Of a stretch of 64,000 nt of DNA, positions 27,211 to 40,309 are shown in pieces. The notes beneath the pieces were generated by a model. The model was not told the DNA's origin. It made no database searches and was given only the letters and a program-made list of their open reading frames with translations. This stretch comes from Eledone cirrhosa. Lineage: Eukaryota. Within the stretch, counting starts at the first letter, position 1, and the number at the start of each line of letters is the position of its first letter. Position numbers and translations under genes: made by a program. Location: NCBI GenBank assembly GCA_964016885.1, contig CAXHJY010001071.1:1-64000 (forward strand), written 5' to 3'.

Positions 27211-28269
27211 ATATATATTGCAAACAATGTAATATATAATATATAATGTGAAGGAATGAGAGGGATAGAGGTGAAGTAACAACTTGTTATCAGAAAAAAT
27301 ATCCGAATACCAATTAGACCTTATTTATACGTTGTATTAGCATTTCTTTTTTTATGTTTGTGGTTTATTGAATATCAACCGAATTCTGTTTTTCAGGAAA
27401 CGCGTTGAACAAAATAACATACACACTTGATATGCATTATACATGTTTCAGGCTGAATGTATATTTAACATTGGCCCAGCATAAATCATATCTATATCTC
27501 AATAGAATAAGTTAAATATTACTCTCACATAATTTTACCTTCATAAAAGATATGGAAATAAAAATCTAACATGGTATCCATGTTACAACTTGGCGCTATC
27601 ATTGGCAATTCAATTGCTCCGAAAGTTCCTGCCTCCGAGTGAATGGCTTATATAACCAAAGATAATGCAGAAAAAAAAAAAACGAAAACTGAAGATAAAA
27701 TATTCAATAATAAACGGACATAATAATAAAACAAAACCACAAAACAAGCCCAAATAATTCCAGCGAACGATATAAAAGTTCAAAAACAAAATCCGAAAAA
27801 AAAAACCGCGATAGTAATGTATGGAATATCATAAGGGCAATAGATTAACTCTGGTACACTGTTTCTCATTGCTTTAGGAAGTAAAAACAAAATCGATACA
27901 TATATATATATATATATTTAACATGCACATATGTGCATGTTGGAGGTAATGCATTGAGTGTAGTACTATATATAACAACACACACACGCGCGTATATACA
28001 TATATGTGTGGGTGTGTGTGTGTCTGTGTGCGTGTGTGTGTTGCTACTTGTTTCAATTGATACCCTGTTGTGGGAAAGGTAAAACGCGCAGTATTTATTG
28101 TTTCCAGAGCTAGGAATTTGTTGGGGTGGGGAGTCAGTTAAATCGACAATGCTTCGTCCTGACGGGTGACTGTACCAGACACGCACTGGAGTCCATTTAA
28201 TTGACGTTGCAATTGTCCCAAATTGCGGGTCTTGTGCCTAAATTAGAAACCATTATTTCTTTCTTTCCA

Positions 28270-28447
28270 GGGCGGTGGATTGGCAGTATCGGTAGAGCGT
28301 CGGACGCCATGCTTTGATGCATAGAGTTACGGCCCTTGCCGTTAAAATCCCGCCGAGGTTAACTTTACCTTTCATCCTTACGCGGTCGATAAAATCCTTA
28401 CGCTGTCGATAAAATAAAGTACCAGTAATGTGCCAAAAGTAGATACA
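28270..28447 (+). mobile_element. tRNA-derived SINE with 17-bp TSD
   Basis: attatttctttctttcc at 28252-28268 and 28448-28464. Confidence 0.85.
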
Positions 28448-29372
28448 ATTATTTCTTTCTTTCCTTTTAAATTTTACATTTTTTTTCTTCCTTTCAGAAT
28501 ATGGTTTCTAATTTATGCATACATTTAGGTATAATTATTCTTTAAGGCTCGAATTTATAGCATGTTTTGCAGTATTCGTTCCAGCTCTTTGGATTCTGTG
28601 AGTTAAATACCACACCAATCAGCTTCACCTGTCATTCTTTCCACGTCGATAACAATGTAGAGTTTTTCTCGAGAGTTTTTCTCCTCTACAATTCTTTCTC
28701 ACTTCCTCTCTATCATTTCTCATTCTCTTTCTCTGTTCAGCTCTGCAAAGGAGATCCCCGCCCCCTCCCCGTTTAAAAAATGTCCACGTATGTCAGAAGG
28801 GTGGGCCTAAAACTTCATCTTAAAGTTCGAATTTCCAAATAAAAAAATAAGTCCACAATATTTACATTAAGACTTGATTGGTCTATTCTGTTCATATTTG
28901 TTAAATTCATGCACAAACGCCATCTCGCGGGGAGTTACAAGGCGTATATATATTTCCCCCAATGATTCACTGGTAGTTTTATTTATAGATCAAGTTGAGA
29001 TCAAGTAGATTGGTCAGATTTGAACTCAGATGTGTTAAATTAGCGGAACAAATTCGGTGAAGCCTTTAGTTGACACTGTATCTGTTCAACCAGCATGCTG
29101 CTTTTCATGGTATTATAAATAAGATTATCGAAACAGAGAAAGATAGAGGGAGAGGGAGGGGGTGAGAGAGATAAAGAGTGATAGAGAGAGAGCGAGAGAG
29201 TGATAGAGAGAGAAAATGAGATAGAGTGAATGAGAAAGAAAGAAAGAGAGGGAGAGAAAGTGAGAGTGAGAGTGAGAGAGTGAGAGTGAGTGAGAGAGAT
29301 AGACAGAAAGAGAGAGATATAGAGAGAGAGATAGAGAGAGATATAGAGAAGGATATATATATACATACATAT

Positions 29373-29698
<326 letters not shown>

Positions 29699-31241
29699 GA
29701 GAGAAAGAAAGAAAGAAAGAGAGAGAGAAAACGACTTTGTACACAATTTGATCAATACGGCAAAATCCCGGGATTGTTAAATTGACTTAGTTAATCGGAT
29801 ATTTTTGAACGTAAGATTTTTATATCACACTTTCATTAACGTTTAACAAATATTTCATATTATTTTCTCTGGTTACCCTTCTCTTTATATTTGTTTCAGC
29901 CTTGAAGATTACATCATTCATGTTCCATGGCCAAATTTTCCTGACAATATATTGTCGGTTCTTATATAGTTTGCTTTGCCGTAATGAATCTCCTTAAATT
30001 GTAACATCTCCTGGGTTTTTGTTCTAACAATAAATTTCAGATTAGTATCCGCTCACGAATTCAGATTGCTTTGTGTACGTAACTAATATCCTATTGACTT
30101 CCGTATGTTTGTCATCTACACTAAACTTCTCTATTGTCTGTTCATGTGTAATTTAGATCATATTCATGTGTACAGACATGTTTGTAATGTACTACATTGC
30201 TCTGGGCCATTAGTGTTAGATATCAATCAGAAGACAGATTCTTTCAATATTTACATTTGGCATTGTCAATCAGTATGCGTCCATTCTCTAACAATAATAT
30301 GTTCTGCTTTACTCGCGGGGAAAATCGTGCATATCTTACACCTCCTATTTTCATTAACTAAATAAAATAGTCTTTCATTTTACAAGCATGTAATTCCTTA
30401 AAGACTGTCATGACAAGATGTCTGCTAATATGTTATAAAACATCGGTGTTAAAGGCGGACATGAACAATCTATAGAGCTTCGGACGAAATCTCTTTCATA
30501 TTCGGTTAACAGGCTCTAGTCTAGGTTCTGCGTTGAAATCTTGTTTCGCCGTGATCTAATTTTGTTTTACATCATTCAGAGTGCAATAAAATAATGTTAA
30601 TGTACGAGGCTGATATCTGTTAATTCATTGCGCATTCCATATCTATCTGTCTATACCGTCTTGCACGCAATTGTACACTACCCGGGCGCAACCGACCTGT
30701 GGAACTAGGCAGAACAACTGCTGTGCGTGTATGGGACAAATCCAGTTGAGTACCGAGTCCATAGTAAGGATCAAACCGCCAGCCTCTTTCAAAAACGAAA
30801 GAGGTTATATGGTGGACTAGATTGAGAGGACTGAGGACAGATGCCTTTCTCTCCGGACAACAATTGATTCCCTTCTTTAAGTATCACTTTAGAAGGAGAA
30901 TCAGAGTGGAGAGAGAGGTACTGCACCCCAGTATATTTACTGAAAGGTGGGTGAATGAAGCGAAAATGGCCCGAGTAATTGAGCCTTCTCTGTTTATAAG
31001 CCTGTAGATTAAAGAAGAGAGCAAGAGGAAGAAGGGAGCACTTGCACAACACCCTACTGAAGTTGAGGGTTGTTCTATCGACGGGGAATTAAACAACCCA
31101 TGTGTGCCGCCTCCCCGCTATTGGGAATTTCGATTGTTATAATTGTTTGTTTCAATATTTTTACACCACTGTATGTAAAATCCCCGGCATGTGTCTTTGT
31201 ACTTTGTATTGTCCCCTTTTCTTGTGCGCCGCTGTGGCAAA

Positions 31242-31426
<185 letters not shown>

Positions 31427-31439
31427 GTCCAGAGGGTGG

Positions 31440-31783
31440 TGGTGTAATTTGGAGTTACTGTAGTTTCACCCGGGTGAGCACTCGATGTTTAGGTTCATTT
31501 CAGTGTCGAGTTGTAAAACTAGACAGAGTGTATTATAGTTAAATAAGATAACAAGGTCGATTGGTTACTCCTTCATTACGTTTATGGTTGGTGACGCGCG
31601 TTTCGCCACTGACCAGCTCAAGGTTCGATCTGTATCGATCTTACCTGACTCTGTAATCCTGACTCTGTTAGGTCAGCTCGATATAGATCGAACCTTGAGC
31701 TGGTCAGTGGCGAAACGCGCGTCACCAACCAATACACGTAATGAAGGAGTAACCAATCGTGCTTGTTATCTTATTTAACTATA
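31440..31783. mobile_element. Palindromic PLE terminus with HHR 3' half
   Basis: ~105-bp imperfect arms 31534-31638 / 31678-31783; GAAACGCGCGTC at 31712-31723. Confidence 0.75.
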
Positions 31784-33304
31784 TATATAGAGAGAGAGAG
31801 AGATAGAGATAGATAGATATAATCAGATAGATAGATGGATATAGACACATATATGCATACACTCTCACACAAAAATATATATAAAACTTACATATATAAA
31901 CATATACTTATGAAATATGTATATATATATACTTATGAAATATGTAGTTTTAGTGTTATTAGTTATTAGTAAGCAAATAATATGACATCCCATTTACTAT
32001 ATTAAAGATAGGACTTTATAATATAATTCCGTGAGTGGGTTATCGTTCCTGAATGAAGGATTAGTGTCAGGATGACTTTTGTCAGGAGATTCACTTCCTT
32101 AATCTTTAATCTTTAATATTTAATCATGGCTGCATAGGAATCCAATGCTTTATTGATCTCCTCTGATATACACACACATGTGTATCAACCCCAGCACATA
32201 CGCATGTGTGTTTGTTCTCTGTTTCAATCACACACACTCATGTTACACATAAAACTTCCGAATAACACACACAAACCCAGACACATACCCACATATATAC
32301 GCACACACTCACACATATAACCGCATACTATACGCACACACTCACACATACACACATATATACGCACACATATACACCCATATATACGCACTCACCCACA
32401 CACACATATACACACATTTATACGCACGCACTCACACACACACGCACACACACATACATATACGCAGACAAACAAGAAGCACGTATAGATGCTCACACAC
32501 ATTCATATATGTGTGAAGAAAGAAGCGTATCTGCAACAGAAGGAAGCATCGAATGATACCCGTGAATCACACACACACACAGACTGTCACATATATACGC
32601 ACACAGGCACACTGATACATGTATATATGCGCACAGACACACACATACACACTCACATAAGTGTGAAGAGAGCAATACATGTGCAACAGAAGGTGACATT
32701 CGATTGATGGCCCTGAATCACACACACATACACACACACACACACATAACAACACCACTGATCGAGGCGCACTCTCTGCTAACATTCTGTGTACAGAAAT
32801 TCATGAAAAGTGAAAAAAAAACACACTCTCAAACACTGACTACTTCACACCTTATGGTTACCTCAGCTTATATTTCTGCAAACTTCTTTTTCCCAGCTAA
32901 CTACTCACTTGTTTCCCGATGAAGGACTAACACCAGATACGTTGAATACAATATGTTTTTTTTTCATTTTATTCAAGGTTTAAACTAAAAATGTTTTGGT
33001 AGTTCTTATCCGTGTATGTTTATCACGTTGTTTCTGAAAATCTGGTAAAGAAAGGGACAGAAAATAGGACGAGACTAGAACAATGTCGAATCTATCTATC
33101 TATAAATCTATGACGTACACACACATATACATATATATATATATATATATATAATAAGGAGTTGACAGACCCAGCATATTTATCAATGACAGGACCGGTT
33201 GTATCTCAGCGTACTCAATAGGCAATGTAGGATACATTCCCAGAGTATACACATAGTTATTCGTTTCAATACAACACACGTAAAACGAGTGCCTATAGTA
33301 GTTA

Positions 33305-33413
33305 CAGGACTCGAGTTTCGGCCACACTTAATGCAGCAGTAAGGTCCACTGCAACCTCTGTCTGCATATATTATGCAACAATGCATAATCGGCGCATTCG
33401 GCTTCATCAGCCG
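33305..33413 (-). ncRNA. Type I HHR with ~84-nt branched stem II
   Basis: CGG-CTGATGA-aGCC...GGCc-GAA-ACTCGAGT-C-CTG; internal hairpins ATTATGCA/TGCATAAT and TGCAGTGG/CTGCTGCA. Confidence 0.68.
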
Positions 33414-33663
33414 GATCGCCTAATCAATAACCAATCGATCGACAGAATCAAAAATCCCAGCCCATGCCGGCTATGACTGTTTGTGATGGCCAACATATAT
33501 ATATATATTTAGCTGTCGAAACGGCTTGACCTCAGCCGTCGGGGTCCTACTCGTTCCTATATATATATATACATATGTAAAAGTTCTATTTACATTTTTG
33601 GGATACAACAAGCAAATATATTTATAACTGATATCAAGCACTCAACAAATATTTGGAGTGAAA

Positions 33664-33927
33664 CTACGATATTAACAAATGGAAACTATATTTATAAAAC
33701 CATATTTATTTAATTATACATATTTCAAGGACAACAAGTTAAATTATAGTATGCTTTCATCAGATAAAATACAATATAGATCAGTTTTACAAATGAATAT
33801 TGACATACCCTTAAAGAATGCAACCATTACTGTTGGAAGCTCCCGGATAGTCTACCCGGGAGCTTGAAATATGTATAATGAAATAAATATTGTTTTATAA
33901 ATATAGTTTCCATTTGTTAATATCGTA
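33664..33927. mobile_element. Inverted-repeat element (~65-bp arms) with a degenerate HHR motif (33713-33767, minus)
   Basis: Arms 33664-33728 / 33863-33927. CTGATGA-aag...ctt-GAAATATGTA has the same 3' half as the motif at 40460-40500. Confidence 0.6.
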
Positions 33928-34209
33928 TATATATATATATTTATTTATTTATTAAAATAACAGTTTAAAGTTTAAGCAAAGAATCGCTGCTTATTTATCC
34001 TTATCGAGCCCTCTTTGGATTTTAGTCTTCAAATTTATTATTATTACTATATATATATATATAAACTTATATATATATTATATTGGTTCCTATTACCCAC
34101 TCTACTACCTCAAGTATTGAGTACTTTGGTGCGTTATGGTCCACCTGATTCCTTACCACATTTCCTTCGTTATATATATATATATATATATATATACAGA
34201 TATATCGAT

Positions 34210-34242
<33 letters not shown>

Positions 34243-34243
34243 C

Positions 34244-34275
<32 letters not shown>

Positions 34276-34759
34276 CTCTATCTATCCTATCTCTATCTAT
34301 ATAAATATGTATATGTATATTTACATACAAGACATGTCATATTGTATCAAACCATACGTCAGTTGTTATTTTCTTTTAGTTATACTTGACCTATATTAAA
34401 TAAATATGAAAATATGATAGTACAGCCAAACCTATTTACATCATTTTTCATTCATGTCATCATCTTTCAAATGGTTTGCTTTTGCACTGATATATTATCG
34501 TGTAGAAATATTGGCTGTTTAACATTACATTATTGGTTTATGAATAAATACAGAGGAATATTGGATTATTTTGAGAGGATTAAGAATGATATTTTCGAAT
34601 GGATTTTCTAAATACACTTTTGAACAGCAAAATCTATGTAGTTTGAAAGCATCATAATTATTAGAACGACAGGTAGAATGCATTGCGCTTTTCATTCTAC
34701 GACTCTGCGCAGACAATTCTTTATCGTTTCGTTTGTATATAATTAACATGTTAATATTT

Positions 34760-35055
34760 CAAATAGAGTCGCTACTTCACCGAATTGCGTAGTGCCAGCT
34801 TCGATATTACAGACATGTGTTTGGAATGTCTCAGGAAGAATCACTGGAAAAATCTGCAGCTCGGACATCAGAGAGTCGCTCTAAGTAGAGAGGCTGCTTC
34901 TCCGAATTGAGAAATCCAAGCTACGATATAATGGACAGGTGAGTGGAATGTCTCCGGAAAGAAACACTGGAACGATTTGTAGCTCGGACATCAGAGAGTC
35001 GCTCCAGTTAGAGATGCTGCTTCTCCGAATTGAGTGATCCCAGCTCCAATATAAT
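34760..35055. repeat. Degenerate ~123-bp tandem repeat (~2.4 units)
   Basis: agctcggacatcagagagtcgctc occurs twice and cttc(t/a)ccgaattg three times. Confidence 0.75.
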
Positions 35056-35294
35056 TTCGGCAGAAAGACAATAACTCTTTTTTTTTGTGGGGATGTGAAT
35101 AAAAATGGATTAAATCGACACCAGTGAGTTATTACTTATTTTTTCTTTAATTAACCGCGAGAGGATGAAACGCAGAGCTCACCTCGGCGGGATTTGAACA
35201 TAGACGGCCGTAACAACATTGCATATGGCCATACCCCATAGCCAACACAATACGAGACAACAAGAGGAGAATACCATAATTTGGGAGAAAGTAT

Positions 35295-35855
35295 TACGGC
35301 CCTTTATGATCTGAGTTCAAATCCCGTCGAGGTTAACTTTACCTTTCATCATTACGGGGTCGATAAAATAAAGTACCAGTCACGCACTAGGGTCGATTAA
35401 ATCGACTTTCCCCTCCTCAAAAATTGCTGGCCTTGTGCCTATATAAGAAACCATTATATTAGATTCTGGGTTTAAACGAGTTTATTTCCAGGATCCTCAA
35501 TAAATGTTTATTGAGGTTATAAACAGGGATAGCTGCCAACGCACCCATTATACATGTTAACCCTAGCATGACCATTAAGACATCAAGAAACACTTAAATA
35601 TAGCTGATTCAAGCAATGGCAATATAGAGATCAGGACCCTCAATGAGGCTAGCTAAGCAGAGGTATAATAACTGTTTCTACTTTTGGCACAAAGCCAGCA
35701 ATTACCATGTACATTACTGGTACTTTATTTTATCGACCCCGTAAGAATGAAAGGCAAAGTTAACCACGGCGGGATTTCAACGCAGACCATAAAAGGGCCG
35801 TAACTCTTTGTTGCAAAGCATGGCGTGCGACTCTCTACCGATACTGCCAATCCAG
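35295..35855. mobile_element. Two SINE copies in opposite orientation (35295-35455 +, 35670-35855 -)
   Basis: SINE body and B-box. Confidence 0.8.
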
Positions 35856-36464
35856 CGATAACACCATATAACAATTCGCCCACACACAAGAATTGACATT
35901 TGTCTCATATTGAACCTTACCAACGAATTCATAAACATTGTGTTATATATTCTTTTGTATAATATTCGTGTGTAACAAATTCAATACGAGAAGGGCAAAT
36001 AAATATAGGGCAACCATGTCTCTCAAATGAGATACGACAGGTTAACAGTAAAGTAATAGAAATGATCTAGATGGCGGCCAAATTTAAGATGTCACAAATT
36101 TCCGACTAGATGTCTCGGCATCACATAGCCCAGTATGGTCAGAGAAAGAAAGAATATGGAGGTCCTCCAATAAAGGGTTCACCCAACAGTAGTGGGAATG
36201 CCTTGGATTTCGATTACGATTTAGATCCTATGGTTAAATCCAAAGTAGTATCGGGTGAACCCATTTCAGCAATATTTGCTATTACTTAACTGCAACGTTC
36301 GTTAGGATAAGGCCGCATAACACAAACATAATAAGCAGTATCTCTTAATGTTTATTCGATCCCAGTAATCCAAGACAGGTATTCATATTTATATTCATAT
36401 TTAAAGTTAATCTATCAACAGACAACATAAAATAAAACATGATTTGAGACAAGAAATAATTTGC

Positions 36465-36538
<74 letters not shown>

Positions 36539-36652
36539 GTATATATGTACATATATATATATATTATTTGTGCGTGTGGGTATATATGTATGTATGTAAA
36601 TATAAATGTATATATACATATATATATTTGTTTGTGTGTATTAGCATTTATT

Positions 36653-36835
<183 letters not shown>

Positions 36836-37315
36836 TTTTGTGGGAATCAGTGTGTATATAGTTGGCATAGACAGTGTGATATTTGAAATAAAATATATAT
36901 AATAGATAGATCAAGTATTAATGCGTAAATATTGAATATTTTCAATAACCTGTCACCGATAATATAAATATTATACAATTTCAACGATAGCATTTGATCT
37001 TCGAATAAATACTGAAAACGATTTGGTAAATATTAATTAATTATAAAAGTTTAACTTGAAAGTGAAAAGAAAACAAAATATATCATAACGGATAATAAAA
37101 TTCTAATATTCGGAAATGCAGCTTCTAAAATATCTTGTGTACGCGGATATCTATGAGCAAATAGGTAGACAATCTATATTCTCTGTGTATACGTGTGTGT
37201 CTATGTTTATGAATAGAAATTCAACTTGCATCCACGCATCAATTTATCCATTCAGCCGCCACAGACATTATAGTCATTTACATATATATATATATATATG
37301 CATATATATATATTT

Positions 37316-37482
37316 AAGAGATATATTTGATATATCTCATATGAAATAATACAGCCAATTTTCCACACAATACAATTAGTTAGCACTCCGAACATTTAAT
37401 TAGGAATATACTCACTTATTTCCTAATGTTTGTTGAGTGAGTTGGGATTTGGCCGGAGTATCGCTAAAAGCTTTCTCCGATA

Positions 37483-37487
<5 letters not shown>
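37316..37487 (+). mobile_element. Solo post-cleavage fragment of the 684-bp HHR family
   Basis: Matches ~43584-43755. Confidence 0.8.
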
Positions 37488-37532
<45 letters not shown>

Positions 37533-37620
37533 TGGAAAAATTTGAACAGGAACAAAACAGAGAGGCAGTACAACGAATGTTTATTAATTTCACGCTCTGG
37601 AGAGTGGGGTGGTGGTGGGG

Positions 37621-37654
37621 AACGACGTTTCGGGCATAAGCCCTTCCTCAGGTG
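37621..37654 (-). ncRNA. Minimal type I HHR, canonical PLE type, inside a pLTR/3' UTR fragment (~37530-38260)
   Basis: CTGAGGA-a-GGGC-ttat-GCCC-GAAACGTC; stem I only ~2 bp. Confidence 0.75.
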
Positions 37655-38281
37655 AGAAGTGTGTGGGAACAGAGTTCAAAGGGTGTGTAGGGGAGTAGTG
37701 GAGAGACATATAGCGAAAGGAAACGGTGCGAATGAAATTAAAAATAAAAATAAAAATAAAGCATGATCAAATTACAAGGAATGAAATAAATTTAAATATA
37801 AAAGCATGATCAAAATAAACTGAAATTAAAAGGGGGTAAAACAGGTGGCGGAAGGGTGTGGGGTGTGTAGGGGTGGTGGCGGGTGGAGTGGGGAGAGGGA
37901 GACGGGGTGTCCGAGCGGGGAGGGCTGAAGGTGGTGTGTGTGTGTAGGTGTACGTGTGTGTGTGTGTGTGTGTGTATGTGAAAGTAAGGGTTGGGGAAGA
38001 ACGGAGTTGCATGTTCAGGAAGAAGTGTGTGTGTGTGGGGGGGAGGTCGGAGTGTCTCTGCGTGTGTGGATAGAGGGGTGGGGGGAGAGGAATCAGGAGG
38101 CTGAGGGTGTAAATATGTGGTGGAAAGCACGTGTGTGTGGGGTTTAAGCGTGTTGTTGGTGTAGGTGGCGTGTGGGAGAAAAACATTTTTTGGGTGTATG
38201 TGTGGGTGAGTTATATAGGTGATTCCGTAAGAGGATGGTTGAAATGTTGGTAAATTCCTATGTATATATATATATATATGC

Positions 38282-38380
<99 letters not shown>

Positions 38381-38904
38381 CATACATAGATTTATTTCGG
38401 ATATATATAACGGCTCCTTAATTGTAGAGCTAAAGCGGTTGAAAGGACTCAGCTGCTATTTATAGCTGTCGACCACCCTATTCACGCACATGGGAGGACG
38501 CTAGCATGTTGTTAGTAGTTTTAGAAATGCAACACGAGCGACGGATCACTCGCAGATTTGCATTTGATGTGTAAACACAGATAGTTATTTCTTCCCCCTT
38601 GCTGAAGATCCATGATTTGACTACTGTAACTTTGCGGATTATTGGTGAAATCTATTTCTGTAATGAAATATATACAAGGAGGATTAATCATTTTTTAAAA
38701 GGTAATATTTGAAGCTCTAGTTAAACTTTAATTAGTTACCTATCTAGCTATGTGTGATTACACACTTTACAAATTATCACCTGTGATTGTTTCATGTGTT
38801 TATTTTAAATATATATATATATATGTCATTCAATTTCTAGTTGATACACACATACATACATTTCATATATATATACATTTAGATATTACATATAGATATA
38901 TATT

Positions 38905-38939
<35 letters not shown>

Positions 38940-39048
38940 GAATAGGTAAATATTTATATTATATTTTTTAATTTGGATTAATTTTAATTGTATATTAATT
39001 TTGATTTATTTTGAAAAATTGATTGAATTTTACTTGTTCTGCTTATCT

Positions 39049-39145
<97 letters not shown>

Positions 39146-39277
39146 CATATAAATATATCGAAACGGCTTGAGCTCTGCCGTCGGTGTCATATATTTTCCT
39201 ATTACCCACTCTACTACCCTAAGTATTGAGTACTCTGGTGCATTATGGGCCCTCTGATTCCCGACCACAACTCCTTC

Positions 39278-39310
<33 letters not shown>

Positions 39311-39312
<2 letters not shown>

Positions 39313-40200
39313 CGTTTCTGAATTTGTTTAGCAAGATTCTTTATCTGAAAACGTGTGTTGAAACCGATATTGTTATACTTTGTGAGGGTCATGTTGCCAA
39401 TAAAAAACACACGCACCAGTTGCTTCACTCCAATTTATTATAAATTAAATTTATAGATTTAAGAATTTATAAATATCCGGTTGTTTGGTTGGTTCCACAA
39501 CCGGACGGTTGTTCTTATATTATCAAACTTCTTTTGTCACACATTCTGTGACCTCTTCTGTGACTGGGGATTCTTTTCTTTGTTTTGTGCCTCTCCTTTG
39601 TTCTGTCCTACGCCATCTTGTTTTTGTGTGTGTTGTGTGCTTAGTTTGCGCATGTGTTACATCCGGGTGTCTGTGTATGTTTTTATTTGTTTATTTATTC
39701 GTTTATTTATTTGTTTATTTACATGTTACTGGTTGGTTATTTGTTGTATGTGTGTTTTCATTTTGTCTTTCCTTGTAAGTTGTGACGTTGCTATTCCATT
39801 CATGTTTTCTATGTAATTTTGATTGGAGTTCCTTTAGGTTTATTGCCTCTGTGATTTGTCTAAACATTGCGTCTTTTCTGTGTGTAGATTCTATTTTTAT
39901 TTCTCTGTTCTCTAATTTGCCCTTATGTTCTATTTTAGCATGTTGGTGGAGTATTGATGAGTCTTTTTTATCTTGAAGGTCTCGCAAGTGTTCATTGAAC
40001 CATTCTCCTATACTACGAGCTGTCTCACTTATGTACACTATATTCTTATCTTTACATTGTCCTTCAGTACATCTTATGCTATATACTACATTTCTAGTTT
40101 TATAGTTAACATGGGGGCTTAGTTTACAGATTATGCATTTATTATCTATACAGGGAGGTCTTTGAAAAGGGTATGTATTGCTAATAAGTGTTTTTTATGG
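39311..40200 (-). mobile_element. 5'-truncated PLE, GIY-YIG C-terminus and 3' UTR
   Basis: VVYSIRCTEGQC..YISETARSIGE.FNEH..HQH..RQITEA; related to 50197-51036. Confidence 0.85.
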
Positions 40201-40272
40201 AATTAACTGATGTGAGTGAGTGTTTGTCGTGGGCGGATAGTACGGGGCCCAAACCTTGGGTGTACACTAAAG

Positions 40273-40304
<32 letters not shown>

Positions 40305-40309
<5 letters not shown>

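Noticed and set aside
33664-33927. MITE/DNA transposon call for this and other inverted-repeat elements
   Set aside because: Arms are asymmetric, carry HHR parts and match PLE termini, so inverted pLTRs explain them better.
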